From positions 1 to 52,481 of the IMG/VR virus record IMGVR_UViG_3300033067_000224: DNA of 52,481 nucleotides, one strand, 5' to 3'. The notes beneath the pieces were generated by a model. It was not told where the DNA came from and made no database searches. It worked only from the letters and a program-made list of their open reading frames with translations. This stretch comes from a virus. Its lineage: Duplodnaviria; Caudoviricetes. Shown piece by piece: positions 36,612 to 46,052 of the stretch (its first letter is position 1; the number at the start of each line of letters is the position of its first letter). The position numbers and the translations under genes were made by a program.

Positions 36612-37040
36612 TTACGGGTTCGTCTTGCGTACTGTGCTTGCTGTCAAGCTGAACGTGTCGGTGATCGTGCTCACGTCCTGGCCGAAGTCAACGCACGCCA
36701 CCAGCTCATCGGCACTAGAAGCACCACCACGCGATTTATAGTAGACCGCGTAACGGGCTGTTATGGTCGATGCCGGCCACGTAGCCGCACCCAGGGAGAT
36801 GTCTACCCTGTCGTTCGTCGTGTCTGTCGATCCCACCGCCGCCGTAATCGTGGCACCGCCTGCCGTGTACCCCGTGCCAGAAACCTCGTTCGTCACATCG
36901 CTGCGCCGAGTCCAAGTATCTTTATTTGGGGTCGCTGTCGCGGTCAACAGCATCACTTTGAACGCATCGGCGTTGTAGTTGATGTTGCCCATCGCTTCAT
37001 CGCGCAAGGCGCTGTTGAATGCAAATCCACTTGATGCCAT
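36612..37040 (-). CDS. Virion/tail-associated protein
   Basis: FKVMLL...EVSGTGYTAGG...TW..STITARYAV.Y...LV..VDFG.D, a common phage structural family. Confidence 0.75.
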   Translation of the reverse strand: MASSGFAFNSALRDEAMGNINYNADAFKVMLLTATATPNKDTWTRRSDVTNEVSGTGYTAGGATITAAVGSTDTTNDRVDISLGAATWPASTITARYAVYYKSRGGASSADELVACVDFGQDVSTITDTFSLTASTVRKTNP

Positions 37041-37050
37041 GCTCTACTCC

Positions 37051-37560
37051 TTAAGCGTCTGCGGCTGTGAGTACGTATGTCACCAGCAGCTCGTCGTCGG
37101 TGTCCACCGTTTTGGCCGTAGTGAAGCGAGCTGCGCTGAAGAGCGTGCCGCTGGTGCCACTCTTGGTGCTGCTGGAGACTAGGAATGCTCCATAGATCGT
37201 CTTCGTCGCATTGAACGTAAAGCTCGCGCGAGCCGCGCCGTTGGTGAGTGATTTGGTTGTAGCCGCCACCGTAGTCCACGTAGGGCGTGTCGCCGAGGTG
37301 TACGCTGTGGTTTCAGTGGCCAGCCCAGCGATAGTCGCAGCAGTCACTCCAGCGACTGGCGTGTAGTTGCCTTCGAACAGCCCGATGTACCAGCCGGTCA
37401 GCGCCGAGGTCTGCCCGAACGCTGCGTTGAGCGCGTAGTTCAGCCCCTGGTCAACGACAAGGTTGTCGAACTCGAATTCGTCGATCACCTCGCCTTTGCG
37501 GATGATCTGCCCAATGTATTTGCCTGACATTGCCAGACGTGTCTCGCTATCACATTTCAT
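37051..37560 (-). CDS. Virion/tail-associated protein
   Basis: NLVV.QG.NY.L...WYIGL...Y...TRP.W...I.GAFL...G.LFSAARF; start at 37560 next to the upstream stop. Confidence 0.75.
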   Translation of the reverse strand: MKCDSETRLAMSGKYIGQIIRKGEVIDEFEFDNLVVDQGLNYALNAAFGQTSALTGWYIGLFEGNYTPVAGVTAATIAGLATETTAYTSATRPTWTTVAATTKSLTNGAARASFTFNATKTIYGAFLVSSSTKSGTSGTLFSAARFTTAKTVDTDDELLVTYVLTAADA

Positions 37561-37561
37561 T

Positions 37562-38785
37562 TCAAATACCCCTAAATCTGACAATCTCCGCATCAACAAA
37601 ATCACCGAACCGTGCGGAGCCGGTGGGTGATCCGGGGTGAGAGGCCACCCCTACAAACTGGTTCATGCCGTCCTGGGCGCGCACCATCACGCTCATGGAC
37701 TCGGCTTTTGGAAACTCGAAAATCTTGTTGGTGAGGTTGATCACCTGCCCGCCTGGCATGCCTACGCACACGCCACCGTCGGTGATGAACAACACGCCGA
37801 CGCCGGGCTCGTCGCCCTTGAGGACTTCTGCCATGTCGATCGGTTGAGGCGCCTGCTTCGGAGCACGGTGGGTGGACACACGGGTGAGCTGGGCCTCGTC
37901 GAACGGGCCAGCCATGAAGAACACGCCGGTCTGGGTGCCGATGAACACCCCGTTGCTGACGTTCGCAAGGAACGTGATCTCGGACTCCAGCATCTTGTAG
38001 CCACCGATGGCATCCACCAGCTCATACTGGTAGGGGTCAGTCGCCCAGAGGGTGCTGCCGTCGGCGATCAGGATGCGCCCGAGCAGGTAGGCAAGAGGGC
38101 CGGAACCCGCTGGTGGGATCTTGTTTAGTGTGCGTAGGGGCACGCCGGCTATGGCATCCGGATACACATTGACGGAGCCGATAACCCCCTCAGCCGCGAG
38201 GAGGAGCTCTTCGCCCCCAGGGGCGGTCATGTAGACCGAAGCGGTGTGCCCCGGGAGCGTCGGGATTGCTGAGACCGCGATGGCATTGCCGTAGACGATC
38301 CTGGTGTCCACGATGCCGCCCTCCAGCCCATCAGAGCTCCTGCGGTAGGCGATCGCCACCATCCTGGCGCCAGTGGTCGTGCCTCCTATGGGGGCGGCAA
38401 AGAACCCAGAGACCAGCGGAACACCCCACGGTTGTGCCGCTCCCTGGGAGGTAAATGTCAGCGCCTGGGTGCGGGATTTGGCGTAGATGCGGTCGGCGAC
38501 ACGCACGTAGTGCAGCGCATCATCGCCCACGCCATGGGCGACGATCTCCATCGCCATGGACGCCGAAAACCGGCACAGGTCGCCGTCTTTGACGACGTAG
38601 CCCTCGGTATCGGACACGGTAAAAAGGCTGTGGAACCCGCCTGCGGAGATGAGGGCAGTGCCCCGGCGCCGACGCAGTTTCCCAGCGTTGTCGATGTCGG
38701 TGTTTGTCGCGGCGGTGAGGGCACCTAGCGGGATCGCCTCTTGCGCTACCTTATTTGCGAGCCCTGAGAACTGCTTGATGTCCAT
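37562..38785 (-). CDS. Tail tubular / nozzle-like protein (beta-propeller-type)
   Basis: F.GL.N....L..A.N.DID..G.LRRR.G N-terminus typical of podovirus tail stabilisation/tubular-B proteins. Confidence 0.65.
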   Translation of the reverse strand: MDIKQFSGLANKVAQEAIPLGALTAATNTDIDNAGKLRRRRGTALISAGGFHSLFTVSDTEGYVVKDGDLCRFSASMAMEIVAHGVGDDALHYVRVADRIYAKSRTQALTFTSQGAAQPWGVPLVSGFFAAPIGGTTTGARMVAIAYRRSSDGLEGGIVDTRIVYGNAIAVSAIPTLPGHTASVYMTAPGGEELLLAAEGVIGSVNVYPDAIAGVPLRTLNKIPPAGSGPLAYLLGRILIADGSTLWATDPYQYELVDAIGGYKMLESEITFLANVSNGVFIGTQTGVFFMAGPFDEAQLTRVSTHRAPKQAPQPIDMAEVLKGDEPGVGVLFITDGGVCVGMPGGQVINLTNKIFEFPKAESMSVMVRAQDGMNQFVGVASHPGSPTGSARFGDFVDAEIVRFRGI

Positions 38786-38792
38786 CTGTTAG

Positions 38793-38812
38793 ATTCTAAC
38801 TTAGATGTTAGA
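38793..38812 (-). promoter_or_regulatory. 18-bp motif copy (TCTAACATCTAAGTTAGA)
   Basis: At a gene junction; 20/20 identical to 799-818 on the opposite strand. Confidence 0.75.
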
Positions 38813-39290
38813 CGACTGCGAACATATCGGCGATCGTCGCACGGGTAGAAACTGCAGCGTCAATGCGGGCCATTTCGGCAGCCAGCTCAGTACGCACAGC
38901 AGCGGCAATATCTGCAGCATTCGGCCCGCTGCTACCACCACTCGTGGAGTACCCGATCGCAATACCGGGTGTTTGGCGATTAATGCGGATCTTGTAGCTG
39001 CCTGCAGGGTCTGTGAAGGGGTCAGCCGCGCCCTGCCCCACCAGAATTCCGTTCGTCACGGTCAGTGTGTGGTTTGCGGATTGAGGCACGATCAGCCACC
39101 CGTTCTGCATAAATAGGTACAGCGGAATCTCCGTGATCTCCCCACCGACGGTGCTGAAGGCAAGCAGGCACTCAGCGTTTCCGGCAAGAATCCAGTCTTT
39201 CCAACGGGAGTGGAGGTCGACGAGATCGAGCGTCACCATGCCCGTAGGCAAGGTGATTCGCTTGGTCGCGCCGTTGAATGAATAAGTCAC
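38808..39290 (-). CDS. Hypothetical virion protein
   Basis: 160 aa in the structural operon. Confidence 0.75.
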   Translation of the reverse strand: MTYSFNGATKRITLPTGMVTLDLVDLHSRWKDWILAGNAECLLAFSTVGGEITEIPLYLFMQNGWLIVPQSANHTLTVTNGILVGQGAADPFTDPAGSYKIRINRQTPGIAIGYSTSGGSSGPNAADIAAAVRTELAAEMARIDAAVSTRATIADMFAVV

Positions 39291-39302
39291 AGGATTCGGT
39301 CT

Positions 39303-40640
39303 TTATGGGTTTGCGTACCACCGCTCCAGCCCAGGCGTAAAGACTAGCTTGGCCCCCGCCGTGGTGAGGGTCGTCGTCACCGTCGCAATCTTGGCACCTG
39401 ACTTCCCGAGCGCAACTCCTGTCAAAGGTAGGTCTGTGGAGTAGGTGTACGCGAAGCTGGTGTTGGCAGTGGCAGCACCTTTCATCTGCGCGGAGCTTGA
39501 GTCAAGCAGTGGGGTTGCTCCCGGGGTGCCGTAATCCGACGTTGCGAACACCCAGAAGTAACTGTCAGCGTCGCCTGTGAGGTAGCTGTCGAACTCGCAG
39601 GCCACGGCCACAGACAGCGGGTACGTTCGGTAAGCCTGGGTATCGTCCTGCTCGCTGATGTTGTTCAGACTGCTTGCGTTAGGCGTCGTGATGTGCACCC
39701 CTCCAGCGGTCTGGTAGATCGTTTTGAGTGTGGTGCCGTCCATGCGCACCAGAGCGGCTGTTACGTTGCCGTTCTTCGCGTTGGTACCATCGGCGTCGAT
39801 GTCACTTGTCTTGCGCAACTGGCGCTGTACCCAGGAGTAAATCTCGGTGTACGTCTTGTTGTTGCCGACGATCAGAACGTGGTAGTTATACGGCCCACCA
39901 GTCTGCCCCGACACTGACTGCGCGGCGGCGTACCACCGGATGGACATGCCCGTGTACGCATCAACTGCGGTGTCATCCGCCGTCACTCCCGCATCCACGC
40001 TGTGCGTGATCGGGAAGTTGTACTTCTTGTAGGTCAGGCTTGAGTAGCCGATGTCAGCGTTGCTGCTCTCGTCGTATGTCTTGCCCTGCTCCCGCAAGAA
40101 CACTTTGAAGTAGCTGCGGTAGTCGTAGTCTGGTGTGCCATCCCCGTTGGTATCAGAGTAAATCTGGACCAGTTCGTTGACGCCGAACGTAGTGGACAAG
40201 TTGACGTGGGTAAAGCTGCCTGCAGTGGCAGTTGTGCTTGAGGACTGCACGTAGTACGGGGCACCCGAGATGACCGCACCGAGAGTAACGATACACGCGT
40301 ACATCGCTGTCACAGCGCCTGCTGTGTTGACGTAAGCCACGCCGCAGTCCCGAATCATCTTGAGCGTCGTGGTATCAGCGAAGGTCCAGCCGTTGACCAA
40401 TTCCATCGACTCATCGTGGATCATTTCTCGGATCGGCAAGGGTACGGAAATCAAGACGCTGCTGGCCTTGATGACCTCCTTCAGCTTGCTGAACAGGCAC
40501 TGGCCTGTGACTCCATCCTTGGCCACCAGCGCACCGCCAGCAACAAGCTGGATGGTCTTGGCAGTAGTGTCAATGCGCAGCATGTTTGTTGCGCTGTTGA
40601 CGCTGTACGTCAGGTTATCTGGATCAATAATCTTCGCCAT
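39303..40640 (-). CDS. Hypothetical virion protein (Thr/Ser-rich, beta-rich)
   Basis: 445 aa with AGGAG RBS; C-terminus ERWYANP resembles that of the neighbouring gene (DKWYSNP). Confidence 0.8.
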   Translation of the reverse strand: MAKIIDPDNLTYSVNSATNMLRIDTTAKTIQLVAGGALVAKDGVTGQCLFSKLKEVIKASSVLISVPLPIREMIHDESMELVNGWTFADTTTLKMIRDCGVAYVNTAGAVTAMYACIVTLGAVISGAPYYVQSSSTTATAGSFTHVNLSTTFGVNELVQIYSDTNGDGTPDYDYRSYFKVFLREQGKTYDESSNADIGYSSLTYKKYNFPITHSVDAGVTADDTAVDAYTGMSIRWYAAAQSVSGQTGGPYNYHVLIVGNNKTYTEIYSWVQRQLRKTSDIDADGTNAKNGNVTAALVRMDGTTLKTIYQTAGGVHITTPNASSLNNISEQDDTQAYRTYPLSVAVACEFDSYLTGDADSYFWVFATSDYGTPGATPLLDSSSAQMKGAATANTSFAYTYSTDLPLTGVALGKSGAKIATVTTTLTTAGAKLVFTPGLERWYANP

Positions 40641-40649
40641 GTCTCTCTC

Positions 40650-41054
40650 CTAAACCGGGTTGCTGTACCACTTGTCAGCTTCCTGCTGCACGGGCAACGT
40701 CTGTGCGCCCAACGTCGATGTGTAGCTGAACTCTTTAATCTTGTACGCCGTGTTGACGATGCGGATAGTCACGGTGTTGTTTGGGCTACCTGCTGCGTAG
40801 ACTGACCACGTGAGCACGTGGTTCGCGTCGCACGTTTCTACCCCTGCGGCCTCTGTGGCATCAGGCAGGTAGACACGAATCTCTGAACCAGCGTTGACCC
40901 CGCTAAAGGTCACTGTCGTCGTGCCAACTGGGTCGGTCGCCAGCAGTTGCTTGGACAGGCTCACCAAGTGGTTGACGTTGAATCGCCCGCGTGTTGCTGG
41001 GTATTCCAGCGTCCCGCCGAGCGCAACCACAGAATCGAAGTACATCACGTTCAT
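40650..41054 (-). CDS. Hypothetical virion protein (Ig-like)
   Basis: 134 aa; TVTFSGVNAGSEIRVY; ATGA-coupled. Confidence 0.75.
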   Translation of the reverse strand: MNVMYFDSVVALGGTLEYPATRGRFNVNHLVSLSKQLLATDPVGTTTVTFSGVNAGSEIRVYLPDATEAAGVETCDANHVLTWSVYAAGSPNNTVTIRIVNTAYKIKEFSYTSTLGAQTLPVQQEADKWYSNPV

Positions 41055-43249
41055 GTGATGACGATCTCAGGGTCGATGATTGCCCCACGAGTATCCGCGC
41101 TGCATGTCGTGTGGATGCGCACGTAGATGCCGACTTCAGTTCCAGCTTTTACGGAAACCGGGGTTGTAACGCTGAAGTATTTAGGGTTCCACGTCTGGCC
41201 GTTCCACGACGTTGACGACCATGACGATGTGCCGTCCGTCGATAACGCAGCAGCATCCGGGTCGTAAGTATCCATTGTGCGTGGGACATCGTCTGTGCCA
41301 ATGTAGTCCACCAGGATACTGATGTCCTGTTTCGTCCAGGTGAGATTGGATTCAAGCAAGAAGTTCAAGCGGAATGTGCGAACACCTTCGGTTAAGTCAG
41401 CATTCGCTGGAACTGCCTTCCCGATGCGTGGCAGGTCCGCAGTTGAATGCTTACCGATATTCGCTGTAGCCGCTGTGGTGGTTGCAAAAATGCTCCATGC
41501 TGTTGTGCCATCGTGCAGCCGCGCGTTTAGCGTGGGCCTGCCTTTGGCTTGTACCCACTCTATATACATCTTTCCTGGGTGGTCTATGACAAATTCTCTG
41601 TATCCATACTGAGAAGCGATGAGTACCCCTGCCGTCCCGACTTCCAGGAACCCCGCTCCGAGGCTCATGTACGTTGGACCTAGCACAGTTATGCCGCCGA
41701 ATGAGCAGTTGCGGGCAAATAGCGCCTGCCCAATAGATGGTGCCCCAACACCAGTTGAGATTAGCCTACTGCCAGAAACAAAACCAGTAAATACGCATGA
41801 ATCTAGCAGTACGCGCTGTGATCCGCTTCCCGTATTTGGGGAGGTAGTATGTGCCCAGGCAGACGACGCGGCTGTAAGTAAAAACTCACAATTTACAAAG
41901 TCTCCGCGCGTCGCAACATTGCTCCCTTGATAGATAACACCATACGACCCCGCTGATGGTACTTGACCCGGATGCACAATTCGGCAGTTTTTCATCACCG
42001 AACTTACACCTGCAGTAGAAGTGACGTTGGCCGCTGCAAATTGCGCAGCGCAAGATGACTGTGGCCCCGGCGACGCTGTCGGTGTGCCCGGGCAATACAA
42101 GTCGATATTGTCAAAACGCATCGGAGAGCCGTACTGCACAGATGTTGTGATTGTTGTCGGCCCGTACCCAGTTGCCTCCAGCACTAGATTACGCTGTCCG
42201 CTGCTGTACTGTTTAGCATTTATGTGCGCAAACGTTGCCACAAGTGACGCCCACGTCTTTGTGCTATTCGACGTATGCGCCTCAGTGATCTTGAGTACAG
42301 GGCTCGATCCATCGGACCACACGCTGCTGTCGTCTATGTCAAAACGCACCGGCGATCCTGCGGACCCCATCGCTGCCGTCGTCCATGTGACATTAGAGTT
42401 TGTCGCCAGAGTGATCGTCTTTCCGGAACGCACTTTAACGATGTCACCTGCTGCCATGCTGCCGCAGTACGGCACCGCCGCAGCCCATATACCATAACCT
42501 CCGACTGCCACGCCGCTTTTCCAAGCTGTGACTACCGGATTGAACAGGTATCCCCAGCATCCGCCTGTACCGCCTGAGAACGCGATCGTGCCGCTGCTGC
42601 TTACGTTGTTTAGCGTGTGCGTGATAGCCGTGCCAGTATGCGCAGCGGCCTGCCTGGTCATGATCTCGCATGTACCAGCCGCTGCGCCAGTCGATGGCCC
42701 GCGCGCATAGAGGTGGTTGCGTAGCTGTGACAGCGTGGTGAATGTTGCCGGACCTGTGATCGTCGTTGTGCTTGCGTTGATCGCCGCAGCCAGTGCATCG
42801 GCTGCTGTAGTTGCGGATGCGCCCCACGTCGGAGACAGTGTTACGCCACACACGGCAATGCTGCCTGTTGTCGGTGCGCCAGTGAATACGATGGATGCAG
42901 TAGATGGCGTACCAGCTGTTGACGCTGTACCATCTCCGTCCTGCGCCGATCCCCACACGGGCACGGCTTCTGGCGACCCTGCGCCTGTAGCTGTTATCGT
43001 CGTTGCTGCCGATATTGTCCGTGCTGCGCTCATGATGACCGATGTCACCACGTCAGATGCGTTGTAGGTAACGGACGAGATGTAGGTTTCTGCTGATATG
43101 CCTGTGCCGGTCAGGAACATGCCGGGCTTGATGACACCGGTAAATGATCCTGGTGTCGTCAAGGTGAGCGTTGTACTTGACCCAGATGTACCCGCGCTGA
43201 ATGATCCTGTGGCACCGTATGCACCGTGGTCGCAATACTTTGTACTCAT
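41051..43249 (-). CDS. Putative tail spike / receptor-binding protein (Thr/Gly/Ser-rich, beta-helix-like centre)
   Basis: 732 aa; AAGDIVKVRSG followed by beta-helix-like repeats (NC.I, NC.F, SC.F); visibly more A/T-ending codons than its neighbours. Confidence 0.6.
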   Translation of the reverse strand: MSTKYCDHGAYGATGSFSAGTSGSSTTLTLTTPGSFTGVIKPGMFLTGTGISAETYISSVTYNASDVVTSVIMSAARTISAATTITATGAGSPEAVPVWGSAQDGDGTASTAGTPSTASIVFTGAPTTGSIAVCGVTLSPTWGASATTAADALAAAINASTTTITGPATFTTLSQLRNHLYARGPSTGAAAGTCEIMTRQAAAHTGTAITHTLNNVSSSGTIAFSGGTGGCWGYLFNPVVTAWKSGVAVGGYGIWAAAVPYCGSMAAGDIVKVRSGKTITLATNSNVTWTTAAMGSAGSPVRFDIDDSSVWSDGSSPVLKITEAHTSNSTKTWASLVATFAHINAKQYSSGQRNLVLEATGYGPTTITTSVQYGSPMRFDNIDLYCPGTPTASPGPQSSCAAQFAAANVTSTAGVSSVMKNCRIVHPGQVPSAGSYGVIYQGSNVATRGDFVNCEFLLTAASSAWAHTTSPNTGSGSQRVLLDSCVFTGFVSGSRLISTGVGAPSIGQALFARNCSFGGITVLGPTYMSLGAGFLEVGTAGVLIASQYGYREFVIDHPGKMYIEWVQAKGRPTLNARLHDGTTAWSIFATTTAATANIGKHSTADLPRIGKAVPANADLTEGVRTFRLNFLLESNLTWTKQDISILVDYIGTDDVPRTMDTYDPDAAALSTDGTSSWSSTSWNGQTWNPKYFSVTTPVSVKAGTEVGIYVRIHTTCSADTRGAIIDPEIVIT

Positions 43250-43635
43250 GCCCTTATCTCCTGCGCACGGCCAGTGCCAAGCAATCCCGCAGCTTCAAGC
43301 GTCTGGAGCGCATCAACCACGCGAGGGTCATCCAAATCCACGCTAGTCCCGTCGGGGTCTGGTGTCGCCCAGTCCAACATCCTGACGAACATCTCGACCT
43401 GCACATTGGTTTTTGCAGCGGTCAGGATGCCATGGAACTCATCTCCGATGCGCCCAATGAATGCCAACTTGGTCAACCTGCGCGGACCCTGCGCCACTGG
43501 TGCGGTGGCGTCAGTAACGATAGGTGTGTGCATGTGGGTGGCGAAGCCTATTCCATCCCACTCGATTGGGGCATCAGCAGCGTAGCGGTACACGTCAACA
43601 CCGTCTGAAATTCGGGTTACTTGGTAGATGGTCAT
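43246..43635 (-). CDS. Hypothetical protein (possible tail-fibre chaperone)
   Basis: LTKLAF..R....E...VDL.DP.V...L..LEAAGLL...RA.EI pattern. Confidence 0.7.
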   Translation of the reverse strand: MTIYQVTRISDGVDVYRYAADAPIEWDGIGFATHMHTPIVTDATAPVAQGPRRLTKLAFIGRIGDEFHGILTAAKTNVQVEMFVRMLDWATPDPDGTSVDLDDPRVVDALQTLEAAGLLGTGRAQEIRA

Positions 43636-44157
43636 CTATGCCTCCGTCACGCCGGTGAGCACGCCTGAGCTGTACGCCAGGGTGCGGGTTTTCGTTTGGG
43701 CGCCGGCACCGTCGAAGAAGTCGATGCTGGTGAGCGTCTGGCCCGTGCGGTTGAGGACGCGACGCTCGGCAAGCTGGGTCTTGGCTGCGTCGAGGTACAG
43801 GAGCACTTCACTCAGAACGCCCTGCGCCCAGACGAGGGTTTTGCCAGGGTAGTTTCCAGCCATCGGACCTGGTGGCCCTGCTGGCCCCTGTTCTGCCGTC
43901 TCGATGAGCTGGGTATCGGGCGCCGTCACGACGATCGTCTGTGTCACCAGGTCTGTGATAACCTCAGTCACCGTCGAGTCTGTGATGACAGTCGATGCCG
44001 GGGAGTCGTCGGTGATTATGGCCGCAGTTTCAGTGTCAACCACCGTAACGACTGCGGCTGTGTCGACGACCGTTATGTCTGATTCACGGATAATGGTGAT
44101 ACCGACGGTAGCGTCGATCAGCACCTCGGGTACTGATGACTCTACGACATCAGTCAC
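43636..44157 (-). CDS. Virion protein with a short collagen-like GPAGPPGP
   Basis: 173 aa; V/T-rich N-terminus. Confidence 0.7.
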   Translation of the reverse strand: MTDVVESSVPEVLIDATVGITIIRESDITVVDTAAVVTVVDTETAAIITDDSPASTVITDSTVTEVITDLVTQTIVVTAPDTQLIETAEQGPAGPPGPMAGNYPGKTLVWAQGVLSEVLLYLDAAKTQLAERRVLNRTGQTLTSIDFFDGAGAQTKTRTLAYSSGVLTGVTEA

Positions 44158-44506
44158 GTGTCACCTCTTGGGTCACTGCCACGGGGCCGAACAGGAGCCT
44201 GCGAACGTCCCCGTTGGCGAGGACTATCTCGAGGTCGTAGACCCCGGAGGTCCAGGTTATAGCTGCAGTGTCTGCGTCAGAGATGTACAGCTCGATGGTC
44301 CCAGCGGCGCCCCCAAGGGTGATGCCGTCGTTCTCTGTCGTAAGGGTGATCAGTGGGGCAGCATCGTCTATGACCCCGCGTATCTGCATCCGCGCTGTGC
44401 ATCCTGTGAGGTCTACAGGCACAGCTGGTGTGCCAGCCTTCCACGTAAGCAGCTTGCGGAACGTGGCGCCCTGCTCGATCAGTAGTTTGAGTTTCCCTGC
44501 TGACAT
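44150..44506 (-). CDS. Tail-attachment (BppU-like) protein
   Basis: IEQGATF...PVDLTG.TARMQIR...G.YDLE......RL..G...V...VT. Confidence 0.75.
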   Translation of the reverse strand: MSAGKLKLLIEQGATFRKLLTWKAGTPAVPVDLTGCTARMQIRGVIDDAAPLITLTTENDGITLGGAAGTIELYISDADTAAITWTSGVYDLEIVLANGDVRRLLFGPVAVTQEVTRD

Positions 44507-45144
44507 CAGATACCCCCGTATGCAACTGTGGACACCGGACGCCGCAGCCGCTCTTGTTCTACGCGGGCGCGGGCACAGTACAGCTCGAATTCCTTGCGGT
44601 TCATCTCTGCGCGCCCTTTGTCGCCAGCGTCCGCGTCCTGAATGCTGTAGGCGCGGTACTTGACCCAGTGCAGGAGGGGGAGCACATGCTGGGCATCGAT
44701 CTCAAAGTCGTCGCCAGCGGCTATGTCCGCCGGGAGCCTGAACGTTCTGAGCTCGACCGTAGAGGCTACGTTCGGGACCGGCAGCGCGCGCAAGGCGTTG
44801 CGCTCGAGCCCAGAGATGAGCACCTTCAGCGGTCCTGTAGCTCCGTCGAACCACAACCCCATGTTTGCCATCTTCTCAGTAGCGACGATGGGGATCTCCT
44901 TGCCGGTGACTGAGTCGTGCGCGCTGCGGATCTTGAGGATGGCCGGGTCGATGGAGTACCAGACGATCCCGGATTTGATCTTCAACGTGTAACTGCGGGA
45001 GTCCTCGATGCCCTCGGTGAGCCGACAGAACTGCTTCTGTGCCTCGTCGATGTAGGTGTAGACGAAGTCGTCTGCCCAGAGATAGGGCAGCGCGTTGTCC
45101 GACACCTCAGTGCGGAACAGGGCGAGGAGCTCTGTGGTGTTCAT
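44506..45144 (-). CDS. Head-tail adaptor / tail tubular protein A-like
   Basis: L...FR..V.D...PYLW.D....YI.EAQ..FCR ... H...L.HW..YRAY...DA; start MNTTE at 45144 (TGATG coupling). Confidence 0.75.
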   Translation of the reverse strand: MNTTELLALFRTEVSDNALPYLWADDFVYTYIDEAQKQFCRLTEGIEDSRSYTLKIKSGIVWYSIDPAILKIRSAHDSVTGKEIPIVATEKMANMGLWFDGATGPLKVLISGLERNALRALPVPNVASTVELRTFRLPADIAAGDDFEIDAQHVLPLLHWVKYRAYSIQDADAGDKGRAEMNRKEFELYCARARVEQERLRRPVSTVAYGGI

Positions 45145-45521
45145 CAGACTCCAGCGCGGTCGAGGTTGAATTTGACCCACGTGGTGTCGCGCTCCTTGAC
45201 GCTGATTGACCCCCAGCCGAGCTGCTGTGCCAGCACTGCGCTATGGGGGACACCTGTGGCTGAGAAGTCCTCGCGGCGTCCGCGCAGGATGATCTTTTCG
45301 AACGCCGCGAACAGTGCCTGCTCGCGGTCGTCCTGGGTAACCGGTTCACCAGGGCCGTCACTCAGCACGGGCTCAGGGAGCTCCTGTGCAGGCACGACGC
45401 CCATGGAGATGAGATCTTTGTGCATCTGAGGCGGGCAGTACGTGGGTACGCCCTTCTTCAGGATGACTGAGCGACCGCAGGTAGACACCACGGTGATGTC
45501 TCGGGGTGCGATGTAATCCAT
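45144..45521 (-). CDS. Hypothetical virion-assembly protein
   Basis: 125 aa; DF.ATG.P....L...G.....ERD..W tail. Confidence 0.75.
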   Translation of the reverse strand: MDYIAPRDITVVSTCGRSVILKKGVPTYCPPQMHKDLISMGVVPAQELPEPVLSDGPGEPVTQDDREQALFAAFEKIILRGRREDFSATGVPHSAVLAQQLGWGSISVKERDTTWVKFNLDRAGV

Positions 45522-45543
45522 GGCAAGCTCTCTATGAAAGGAC

Positions 45544-45571
45544 GAGCAGGCCGGCTCTCACCGCCCTGCTC
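45544..45571 (-). terminator. Hairpin downstream of the capsid genes
   Basis: GAGCAGGGCGG-TGAGAG-CCGGCCTGCTC followed by GTCCTTT on the minus strand. Confidence 0.5.
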
Positions 45572-45584
45572 TGACAGTCTCCGT

Positions 45585-46028
45585 TTAGGAGATCTGAATT
45601 TCGCTGCTGCGGTTAGCGATGATGTACTCGATGCGTACGGTCATCACGCCGGTGGTGCACACATCGTCCGAGCTGAACGCCAGGCGAATGTTCTGGCCTG
45701 TGCCGATGTAACCGGTCGGGGTGATCGCCTGGTAGCCAGCGCCCTTCAGGTCCGTGGACGCGAGGTAGCGGGTGGCAGAGCCGGAGTCGCCGATGGTTAC
45801 GTCGTAACCAGCCGTGTCGAACGCGGTGTCGGTCGTGACACTTCCGCCGATCACCGTCGCGCCAGGAGGCAGCGGGATGATCTCGAAAATGCCAGCGGCT
45901 CCGCCAGCGTTGGCTGCACCGAAGTCAACAGTGTTGCCTGCGGTGTTCACCATCGTGTCGTTGAAGTTGAACGTGAACTCAGCCACCAGGGGGTACTGAG
46001 CAGTGCGGGATTTGATCTTGAGAGTCAT
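45585..46028 (-). CDS. Putative capsid decoration / minor capsid protein
   Basis: LPPGATVIGG.V....AFD.....IGD......Y; immediately follows the major capsid gene. Confidence 0.7.
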   Translation of the reverse strand: MTLKIKSRTAQYPLVAEFTFNFNDTMVNTAGNTVDFGAANAGGAAGIFEIIPLPPGATVIGGSVTTDTAFDTAGYDVTIGDSGSATRYLASTDLKGAGYQAITPTGYIGTGQNIRLAFSSDDVCTTGVMTVRIEYIIANRSSEIQIS

Positions 46029-46034
46029 GGTCTA

Positions 46035-46052
46035 TCTTCCTTAGATGTTAGA
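46035..46052 (-). promoter_or_regulatory. 18-bp motif copy (TCTAACATCTAAGGAAGA) covering the RBS of the decoration gene
   Basis: Begins right after the major capsid stop; its 3' part is TAAGGA. Confidence 0.7.
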
